A stretch of DNA of 64,000 nucleotides, taken from Arenicella sp. Lineage in GTDB: Bacteria > Pseudomonadota > Gammaproteobacteria > Arenicellales > Arenicellaceae. A model generated the notes under the pieces. It saw nothing but the letters and a program-made list of their open reading frames with translations. It did no database searches and was not told the origin of the DNA. The DNA is taken from contig JALZVW010000070.1 of assembly GCA_023301745.1 (NCBI GenBank), forward strand, positions 2,427 to 66,426. The letters run 5' to 3'. Below, piece after piece: positions 56,939 to 64,000 of the stretch. Numbering within the stretch: position 1 is the first letter of the stretch; every line of letters starts with the position of its first letter. Position numbers and translations under genes: made by a program.

Positions 56939-59900
56939 TTACGGCTGAACGGTCTCTGGCGCGTAAGGCCAATGGATCAACTGCTTCAAAAGTGGAAAGT
57001 ATACTGCGAGTTGTATCGGTCTTGCGTCAACTTGACTGAATAAAAAGCCATATTTTTCGAGCTGGCCTTTGTGCCGACTTCGCACTTGTTCAGTCGCGAA
57101 CTGCGCGCTGTCGCCGTCGTCATGAACGGTGCTTTTGTAGTCCACGATCCATCGCGTGCCATTATCATCGACAAACGTACGATCCAATCGATAGCGGTTA
57201 ACTGATCCATTTTCGATCGCTGACAGGGTAAATTCACTGTTTGATTCCGGATAGTGCCTAAATAGAAAGTGTGCTTCGCGATGGCTTTGAATGTTTTTAA
57301 TCGCCACGACTAAACGCTGCACGGCATAATCCAACGCACTATACTGCACTCGCAAATTAAGTAGCTCGGCTCGCCAGCGCTTTACCAAATCAGGGCCAAT
57401 CTCAATATTGAGTACATTTTCGCCGTTGTACTGTAACCAATCATGAAGAACAATGCCGACGCCCGTCGCTACGGCGGTTGCCCACTCATATTCAATTGTG
57501 GCGGTTTCGTCGGGGCCACGTTGGTCGGGCACTTTTGGCGCGCTATTTAGCTGCGGCATAAGCTGCCATATTATTGACTCCCTATGCGATTGAATAAAAT
57601 CAGTCGGCAACCGTTCAAGAGTCTGAGAGATTGGCTGGTCTTCACCTGTGATTGTTGGTTCAGGGCATGGAAAACTAAACTTGCTTTCCAATGCATCCCA
57701 AACAGTAGCCAGTAAGGTGCTTTTGGTCGGTGGTCGCACACAAGCGGTTTTTGCATCGAGTTTTGCTCGAGCAATTAACACTAGCTTTTGCTCAGCTCGA
57801 GTAGCCGCTACATACATTAAACGAATCGCCTCATTAGAACTGCGCTTTGCATCTAAGTGACGAAGGTATTGGTAATGCAAACTATCACTGGTTTGATTAG
57901 TAAAAGGGGCGAGCAATAGGTTTGATTCACCTACTTTGCTCTGGGCTTCGGCCCACATTAATACTTCTTTATCAGCATTGCGCGGGGTATTGCCGAGGCC
58001 CGGCAAAATCACCGTGTGATATTGCAAACCTTTGGCTTTATGTATTGTCGAAACTACCACCTTGGGCATCTGACCATCAACGTTTGATTGAGGTTGTGCG
58101 TAAAGGCCTGCCAACGCCGTATCAAGTTCACGCATTGATGGCAGGTCACCCCCGCGCTCAAGACCGGCAATTAAATCAAAGACCGTTTCAATATCTTCTT
58201 TGCTCGCTCCAAACAAAGTATGCTCGCCACCCAAACCCAGCCACGCCCAACGCGTCAAGCTAGCAAGAGGCACTTGCTGGCGCTGCTCCATTGTGAGTCG
58301 CATCTGCTCAATAAAACGAGACAAATTTAAACAAGCCGCGTCACTCATATGGTTGCTTTGAAACTGTTGCAATTGAGACCAAACAGTAACATCTTGTTTG
58401 CCCGCCCCATGCTGACCCGCCAATGATTTAATATCGCTTAAGCTAAGGCCGCACCATGGACCTCTAAGCAGCGCTAGCCAGGCAACTCTGTCATCCTCAC
58501 GGCAAATCGCCTTGCACAGCGTGAGTACGTCGATTACCGCTTGAAGCTCAGCGAGCGGTTGAATGTCTAAGCCGGCATAAGCAATGCCAGCAGCCTGCAA
58601 TTTGGGTAATAGATACTGCAACTGAGGACGCGTTCTGACTAAAATTGCAACTTGATCATGGCTACTTTGAAATTGACTAATAGCCTGCTCTACTGAGTTC
58701 AACAATAGATCGGCCTCTTGCTCTCGAGTATGACTAAGAACATAGTCACAGGCTGGTCCGGCGCCCTCTTTTGAACAACTTGCCTCAGCATAGCTGATAG
58801 CGCCAGAAAGCACGTCGTTGCGGTTAGGGAAGCTGCTTTTAAACACCTGATTAAACCACGTGACCAAACTATTACTCGACCGAAAATTCTCAGTGAGATT
58901 TAGTGTATCAATCTTTAAACCTCGGAAAATATTGGTTTTGGTGTTATTGATCACTTGTAAAAATAAGCTTACATCAGCTTCTCGAAAGCGGTAGATCGAT
59001 TGCATCGGATCACCGACTAAAAACAAGGTTTTATATTCTTCTGTGTCAGCCCAACCTGCGGTTAGTTTTTTAAGTAATTCAATTTGCCCGTGAGAAGTAT
59101 CTTGGAATTCATCAACCAGAATATGTTGTAAATGAGTATCCATCCGCAAGCCGAGATCGGTTGGGTTCTCTAACTCTTGTAATGCCAGATTAGCACGCTG
59201 AGTTACTTCACTATGGTCACACTCACCCGTGGCTCGGAATCTGAGTTGCAGCAATGCAGCCAGCGCTTTTAGAACTTTTTCTAAGGCCAGTAATTGCGCC
59301 CAATCGGCATCATCAAATGACGCCTCAGGTAGTGCTTTGGTTTCATTTAAAGCTGCCAGCAACTCCCAATCGTCGGCAAAACCGCTTAACACCTCATGCA
59401 TACGATTGGTATTGGGTGTCTTCGCTTCAAAGCCGAGCCTTTTATCAACTTTTTTACGAAAGTTCTTACCACTGAGCAACATGTGAGACAGCGCTCGCCA
59501 ATGCTCAACAGTGAGCTCATCACCGTCTATAAAATCTTTAAATACCTCAAATGGCGAGACTGCGCCTTCCTTGGTAACTAAATTTCCAGAGGCATAGAGG
59601 GCTAAGCTGCAGAGCTCGTCAGTGGCCGATTGAGGCAATATCTCAGCAATGCTGGCTAATTGCGCATCGACAACATTCTGCCACGCGGATTCAAGATGCT
59701 GCCTCATTGAGCCTAAATCACCTTGCAACAAGTGACGCAACCATTGATCACGTTTTGCCAGCATCGACGAAAACAGCTGACGAGCTTTGTTGTAATTAAA
59801 GTCTAACTCCAACATTACCGTAGTTAAGTAGGGAGTAATGGCTGATTCGCTCTCCAGCAACTCATTAAAAAGCTGCTCAATAGCCGCCGAGTAATGCGTA

Positions 59901-60334
59901 TCGGCTTGATCAGTTGTTCTGGGCCGGTCACCTAAACGACTGAGCCACGGCATACTCGCAGTGAGCTTGGCACAAAAAGAGTCAATAGTAAGAATTTGAA
60001 GCTGGTGTGGTGCGTCCAATAAGCGCCAATTGTATTTTTCATCTTGGGCTAGCACCGCCGCCGCTAGATTAATCCCTTGTTGTTCGAAGGCATCATCACT
60101 GCTTTCACCACGTTCTGCGTATTGAATGAGTTCGAGTAAACGCTCTCGCATTTCAGCCGTGGCCTTGCGGGTAAAGGTTATGGCCAATACTTGCTGAGGC
60201 TTATCCACCGTGGCAAGCAGAGTGAGTATGCGATACACCAATAGGCCGGTTTTACCCGAGCCGGCTGGTGCTTGCACTATAAATGACCGTTGCGGGTCGA
60301 GTGCAGCACGGCGAGCCTCAAAATCGCTAATCAT
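56939..60334 (-). CDS. AddA-like UvrD/Rep-family helicase with a C-terminal PD-(D/E)XK nuclease domain
   Basis: Walker A 'APAGSGKTGLLV', 'ILVDEFQDTS', 'LFLVGDPMQSIYRFREA', and motif VI-like 'RLMYVAATRAEQKL'. The C-terminal nuclease motif is 'WIVDYKST'. Overlaps the upstream partner by 4 nt. Confidence 0.8.
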   Translation of the reverse strand: MISDFEARRAALDPQRSFIVQAPAGSGKTGLLVYRILTLLATVDKPQQVLAITFTRKATAEMRERLLELIQYAERGESSDDAFEQQGINLAAAVLAQDEKYNWRLLDAPHQLQILTIDSFCAKLTASMPWLSRLGDRPRTTDQADTHYSAAIEQLFNELLESESAITPYLTTVMLELDFNYNKARQLFSSMLAKRDQWLRHLLQGDLGSMRQHLESAWQNVVDAQLASIAEILPQSATDELCSLALYASGNLVTKEGAVSPFEVFKDFIDGDELTVEHWRALSHMLLSGKNFRKKVDKRLGFEAKTPNTNRMHEVLSGFADDWELLAALNETKALPEASFDDADWAQLLALEKVLKALAALLQLRFRATGECDHSEVTQRANLALQELENPTDLGLRMDTHLQHILVDEFQDTSHGQIELLKKLTAGWADTEEYKTLFLVGDPMQSIYRFREADVSLFLQVINNTKTNIFRGLKIDTLNLTENFRSSNSLVTWFNQVFKSSFPNRNDVLSGAISYAEASCSKEGAGPACDYVLSHTREQEADLLLNSVEQAISQFQSSHDQVAILVRTRPQLQYLLPKLQAAGIAYAGLDIQPLAELQAVIDVLTLCKAICREDDRVAWLALLRGPWCGLSLSDIKSLAGQHGAGKQDVTVWSQLQQFQSNHMSDAACLNLSRFIEQMRLTMEQRQQVPLASLTRWAWLGLGGEHTLFGASKEDIETVFDLIAGLERGGDLPSMRELDTALAGLYAQPQSNVDGQMPKVVVSTIHKAKGLQYHTVILPGLGNTPRNADKEVLMWAEAQSKVGESNLLLAPFTNQTSDSLHYQYLRHLDAKRSSNEAIRLMYVAATRAEQKLVLIARAKLDAKTACVRPPTKSTLLATVWDALESKFSFPCPEPTITGEDQPISQTLERLPTDFIQSHRESIIWQLMPQLNSAPKVPDQRGPDETATIEYEWATAVATGVGIVLHDWLQYNGENVLNIEIGPDLVKRWRAELLNLRVQYSALDYAVQRLVVAIKNIQSHREAHFLFRHYPESNSEFTLSAIENGSVNRYRLDRTFVDDNGTRWIVDYKSTVHDDGDSAQFATEQVRSRHKGQLEKYGFLFSQVDARPIQLAVYFPLLKQLIHWPYAPETVQP

Positions 60335-63129
60335 AGCGACTCCTCCGGGCCGGCTAGCGTTACCTTAAGATGGCCCGAGTTCAATAATTCAGGGAGATCC
60401 AATTCGGCGCTTCGTAATTGAGAAATTCGACACAGCGAATGCAGGTCGCAATACTGGCAAGTAGATTCATCGATCGGGTTGACTGTCGCATCACCGGCCA
60501 GAAAATCGCTGGCCAGCTGTTCAAAAATAGCGGACCATCGTGCTCGATTGTCGTGCCAGTCTTGCTCGTACTTGTCTGCATAGCGGGATGCTTTACGAAA
60601 GATACCGACTTCCGAGAGTTCGATAAACTTTGGTTCAAGGGTCTTAATCTGCGCAAAAGCAATGCCTGAAACCGGTGTATTTTTAGCCTTGTCTAATGCT
60701 AATGCGTATAGTGGCATTTGTGTGCTTTTTATTCTCTCGCCGGTCCAGTCGTTACGATTCACCGCACCCGTTTTATAATCAATAATGACACTGCGGCCAT
60801 CACTTGTAAGATCTAACCGGTCAATAATGTAGCGGTAACGAATGCCGCCAAGCTCGCCTTCACGTTGCTCTTCTCGCTCCACTACGGCAAAGTTCGTTGG
60901 GCGTTTATCTTCTTCTTTTAGCCAGGCTAACAGCAAGTTTCGTAATCGGCTTTGTTCGTGCCTGAGCAGGGTTAGTTTGTCTGAACTAAGTTTAAAAGCA
61001 CCTTGAGTAAAGCACTCGTCTATTACGCTTGTGATGAGCATTACACGCTTAGCTTCGTCCATGTCAGTGAGTGTCGCTTGATTTTGTAGGCGCCCCCATA
61101 GCATATCCAAAAGCTCATGCACGACATTACCTCTATCAAGGCCATCTAAGCCAAACTCCGCTTCGTTTTCATCAAGAAAGCCCAATTGATGGGTGGCAAA
61201 TGCCTTGAACGCACAATTAGATTGATTCTCAAAAATTTTGGACCCACCGCGAGCGCGACCGGGTTCTAGCCATGGCGCACCTTGTGTGTCTTGGTAGGCA
61301 TCTAGGCATACCTCAGCATGGGCATCATGGCCTATCTGCGCGCCGTCGGCTAGCTCAGCCGTAGACCAAACCGCAGCTCTAAATAGAGCGCTTGCTTGTA
61401 TCGCAATCTCTTTATTTTGATCACTGATGCTTGGATACGAAATACGCCTATTTTTTGCGCAGCTTAGTAGGTTATTGATTAAGCTCTGCGCGTGAACAAA
61501 GCCAGATTCAGCGGTTGATTCAGGGTGCCCAGCATCAACCAAGAAACGATTCGATATAAACGCATCGTTGGCCGGCGGCGCGGGGTAGTCTTGATGCATG
61601 CCCGTCACAATACAGGTATCAACCTCACGCCCAATCGCCTCAAAAACGCCCGAAATCAGAATCGGCGAATCAGCGCCTTTGGGCGAGAAGACTGCATTTC
61701 GAGCCATCTGCTGAAGCAGCTCAAAAGCGCGGTTTAGGCCCGCTCGATTTTGCACAGCAGCCAAGCCCGTAAACTCTTCGAGCAAGGCGGTCCACCGAGT
61801 TTCTAGTTGATATTGAACGCTGTTCATTTGCTGACCTTGAGGTGCCGTACGCCACTGCCATAATGCCAGCCAATCACTGAACACTTCGATCCAGTCGGTA
61901 AACCTAAGCGCGGCAAAGCCGGACCCCTCTTTTGCTTGACTCAGGCGTTGCTGTAACGCTTGCCTCTGGCTTGCTAGATTTTGCAATGCTAGCAATAAGG
62001 TATCGTCGATTGGCCGATCACGTTGTTCAAAGTAATCCAAACACTGCTGATAAAGAATAGGTAGTTGGTCAACCGAAAAAGTATGAATTCGTTGGCGTTT
62101 TAACCATTGCTCGAAGAAACGCCCTTGCTCACGGAACTGAGCGCTAAAACCTAAGAAGCGATTACGCAATAGGAAACCAAGTTCGATTGTATTGGTGGTG
62201 TTTTTCAATAAAGAAATAACACTTAATGCCGCTTCAACAGCCGCCAGATCGAACAAAGGTTGACCCAAACTAAAACCATAGACCGCGTTATTTTGCTGCA
62301 CACTCAGTGGTGACTCTGATGGGTAAAATACGTCTCGAGCAAGTTCCTGGACTTGTGCCTGTCGGTGCGCCAAATCAGGAATAACTAAGCTAATTGTATG
62401 ATTCGGGTCTTTCTCTAAACAGTCTCGCGCATAATTCAGCGCGGCGGTAATTTCAGCTTTACTGTTCTCGTATTTAATATATGACGTCGACTCAACAGCG
62501 ACTGACGGCTTAGACATTTTGCACACTATGCCACTTGCTCGCGCCCGTGCTAAGTATTGCTGCTGCGCCGCAGTAAGTAAATCATACGAGATTAAGTGGA
62601 GCTCGGAAAACGGATGTTCAATCGCTGGCAAGGTGAGCAGTGCACTAAGCAACAATTGTTCATCAAGCAGACCTCGCTTATTGAGAAGTGTTTGATAATC
62701 TTGTGTCCATAGAACGAACTGCTCGGTATCGGCCACATGGTCTTGCTGTAATTGAGACAGGCTAATTTGCCAGTCGTGCAAGAGCTTCCAACTTCGCTGG
62801 GCCGCGCGCGTTGTTTGCTGAACATTGAGTAGCGTGAGTTCGTTCTCACTTCGGCGCGACGTTTCAATCACCTGGGTCCACAAAACTGAAGACTGCTGAG
62901 TGCTGATTAAGCTATGTATGTCTAAGGTCTCAGACAGTTGATTACGATTATGTTGCCAAAGCTGTCGCAAATAATCTGACCAAACCAGCACTGTTGGGGC
63001 AATCCAAACAGACTGCCCCGAGGCGAGGAAGTATCGTGCAACTCGTTCGTTTAGCTCATTAGCCAAATTTCGCGTCGGCACGATTATCGCTTGATTCTGA
63101 TCCAGTTTACTTAGCCATTCATCTTGCAT
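60331..63129 (-). CDS. AddB-like PD-(D/E)XK nuclease subunit with Fe-S 'iron-staple' cysteines (no Walker A)
   Basis: C-terminal 'VIIDYKTG' nuclease motif. The cysteine pattern is 'C' in 'QSNCAFKAFATHQL' plus 'CQYCDLHSLC' (C-x2-C-x5-C), as in AddB. No GxGKT is present in the N-terminal helicase-like region. Confidence 0.75.
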   Translation of the reverse strand: MQDEWLSKLDQNQAIIVPTRNLANELNERVARYFLASGQSVWIAPTVLVWSDYLRQLWQHNRNQLSETLDIHSLISTQQSSVLWTQVIETSRRSENELTLLNVQQTTRAAQRSWKLLHDWQISLSQLQQDHVADTEQFVLWTQDYQTLLNKRGLLDEQLLLSALLTLPAIEHPFSELHLISYDLLTAAQQQYLARARASGIVCKMSKPSVAVESTSYIKYENSKAEITAALNYARDCLEKDPNHTISLVIPDLAHRQAQVQELARDVFYPSESPLSVQQNNAVYGFSLGQPLFDLAAVEAALSVISLLKNTTNTIELGFLLRNRFLGFSAQFREQGRFFEQWLKRQRIHTFSVDQLPILYQQCLDYFEQRDRPIDDTLLLALQNLASQRQALQQRLSQAKEGSGFAALRFTDWIEVFSDWLALWQWRTAPQGQQMNSVQYQLETRWTALLEEFTGLAAVQNRAGLNRAFELLQQMARNAVFSPKGADSPILISGVFEAIGREVDTCIVTGMHQDYPAPPANDAFISNRFLVDAGHPESTAESGFVHAQSLINNLLSCAKNRRISYPSISDQNKEIAIQASALFRAAVWSTAELADGAQIGHDAHAEVCLDAYQDTQGAPWLEPGRARGGSKIFENQSNCAFKAFATHQLGFLDENEAEFGLDGLDRGNVVHELLDMLWGRLQNQATLTDMDEAKRVMLITSVIDECFTQGAFKLSSDKLTLLRHEQSRLRNLLLAWLKEEDKRPTNFAVVEREEQREGELGGIRYRYIIDRLDLTSDGRSVIIDYKTGAVNRNDWTGERIKSTQMPLYALALDKAKNTPVSGIAFAQIKTLEPKFIELSEVGIFRKASRYADKYEQDWHDNRARWSAIFEQLASDFLAGDATVNPIDESTCQYCDLHSLCRISQLRSAELDLPELLNSGHLKVTLAGPEESL

Positions 63130-63300
63130 AGCCGAAGTTTAGCATCGCTTTTGAACTAGGTGTTGTACTGAATTTGCTGCGTTCTATCAATTGCACAAAA
63201 GAACTCGCTTAAACCCCATAATCATGGCGATCACCAATGCGACTCAAGCTAGCATTAGGCTAGCTTGAGTCAGGGCTTAATTACTCATGCTTCGCTCACA

Positions 63301-64000
63301 TCAGCCAAATGTGGTCGGCGATTTATCGTTTATATCGGCCAATAGAGGGCTCTCTTGCGCACGTGCAAAAGCATCATCAATCGCTTTAGAGCGTTGTTGA
63401 ACAGCCTCACGTTCAGAAGGGTGAGTAAAAATATACAATTCCTTGGCATTCAATGCCTCGACCACCCGCTGACCGACAAGCTCAGGGGGAATACCATTCT
63501 CGACCAGCTCTTGTGCCGCATTGTGCTTTGGCGCAGCGCTAGGGTCTACCACGCGATTTTCGTCACGGTGCTCTTGCTGGCGATTACGATGAGATAAATG
63601 AATTCGAGTTTTTACAAATGCCGGGCACAAAGCCGACACATGAATATTGTGCTTTGCTAACTCAACATGCCATGACTCACTCATGCCAACGACGGCGACT
63701 TTTGTAGCCGTATAAGCACCGGCATAAGGCACCCCTATCATCCCCGCCATAGATGCGACATTTATCAACCAGCCGCCTTCTCCGTGGCTCTTGATCAGCG
63801 GCACAATCACTTCAGCACCATAAATAACACCTTTTAGGTTAACATCAATCACCCAATTCCAATCCTTATGGTTAGTTGCTTCGATAGGCCCTGGGGCTGA
63901 TGCCACACCCGCGTTATTGACTAACATATGAACTTTACCAAAGCGCTCTATGGCTTGCTCGCCCATTGACCGCCATTGGTCTGGATCAGTAACGTCCATT
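63301..64000 (-). CDS. SDR-family oxidoreductase, 5' end beyond the window
   Basis: 'LVNNAG' and the catalytic 'YTATKVA' are present. The Rossmann 'TGxxxGxG' region is missing because the ORF runs off the right edge. Confidence 0.8.
   Translation of the reverse strand, partial: MDVTDPDQWRSMGEQAIERFGKVHMLVNNAGVASAPGPIEATNHKDWNWVIDVNLKGVIYGAEVIVPLIKSHGEGGWLINVASMAGMIGVPYAGAYTATKVAVVGMSESWHVELAKHNIHVSALCPAFVKTRIHLSHRNRQQEHRDENRVVDPSAAPKHNAAQELVENGIPPELVGQRVVEALNAKELYIFTHPSEREAVQQRSKAIDDAFARAQESPLLADINDKSPTTFG

Noticed and set aside
1-64000. Scan for mobile elements, tRNA/rRNA genes, CRISPR arrays, toxin-antitoxin or recognisable defence-system genes
   Set aside because: I found no transposase, integrase, recombinase or phage-like ORFs. 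There are no tRNA-like T-arm (GGTTCGAATCC-type) sequences, no spaced repeat arrays, and no small paired ORFs typical of TA modules. The only compositional anomaly is the 48.1-50.7 kb islet, reported separately.

Overview
The window looks like a chromosomal segment of a gammaproteobacterium. The glnA-ntrB-ntrC and glyQ-glyS-gmhB-acyltransferase gene orders resemble Pseudomonadales, Oceanospirillales or Cellvibrionales. The taxon is an inference; no database search was possible.

Most of the 64 kb is densely packed core housekeeping: prc (5' end cut by the window), sohB, nadA, hemH, ltaE, glnA-ntrBC (with a readable sigma54 promoter and NtrC boxes), ald with a divergent Lrp-type regulator, glyQS-gmhB, gshA, hslVU, ggt, an FMN riboswitch in front of a type II lumazine synthase, an AGCS symporter, tas, and an AddAB-like helicase-nuclease pair. 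I found no tRNA or rRNA genes, CRISPR arrays, transposases, integrases or prophage genes.

The least ordinary parts are:
- A low-GC two-gene cassette (48.5-50.5 kb). It pairs a stand-alone FabH/KAS III-type condensing enzyme with a polytopic membrane protein ending in a Fis/NtrC-type HTH, and a 23-bp palindrome sits just upstream. I propose it as a candidate lipid-derived signal synthase/receptor module.
- An adjacent orphan, thioester-motif (CFEQ) alpha-2-macroglobulin-like gene with no pbpC partner.
- A histone-H1-like Lys/Ala protein encoded almost entirely by about 14 tandem 39-bp repeats, with a higher-order duplication.
- A 905-aa secreted protein with a PHP-type domain and an unrecognised N-terminal half.
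- A roughly 0.9-kb ORF-free region upstream of glyQS.
- Several short tandem duplications in intergenic DNA.

All functional calls rest on motifs and remembered family similarity read by eye, and they need HMM/BLAST confirmation.
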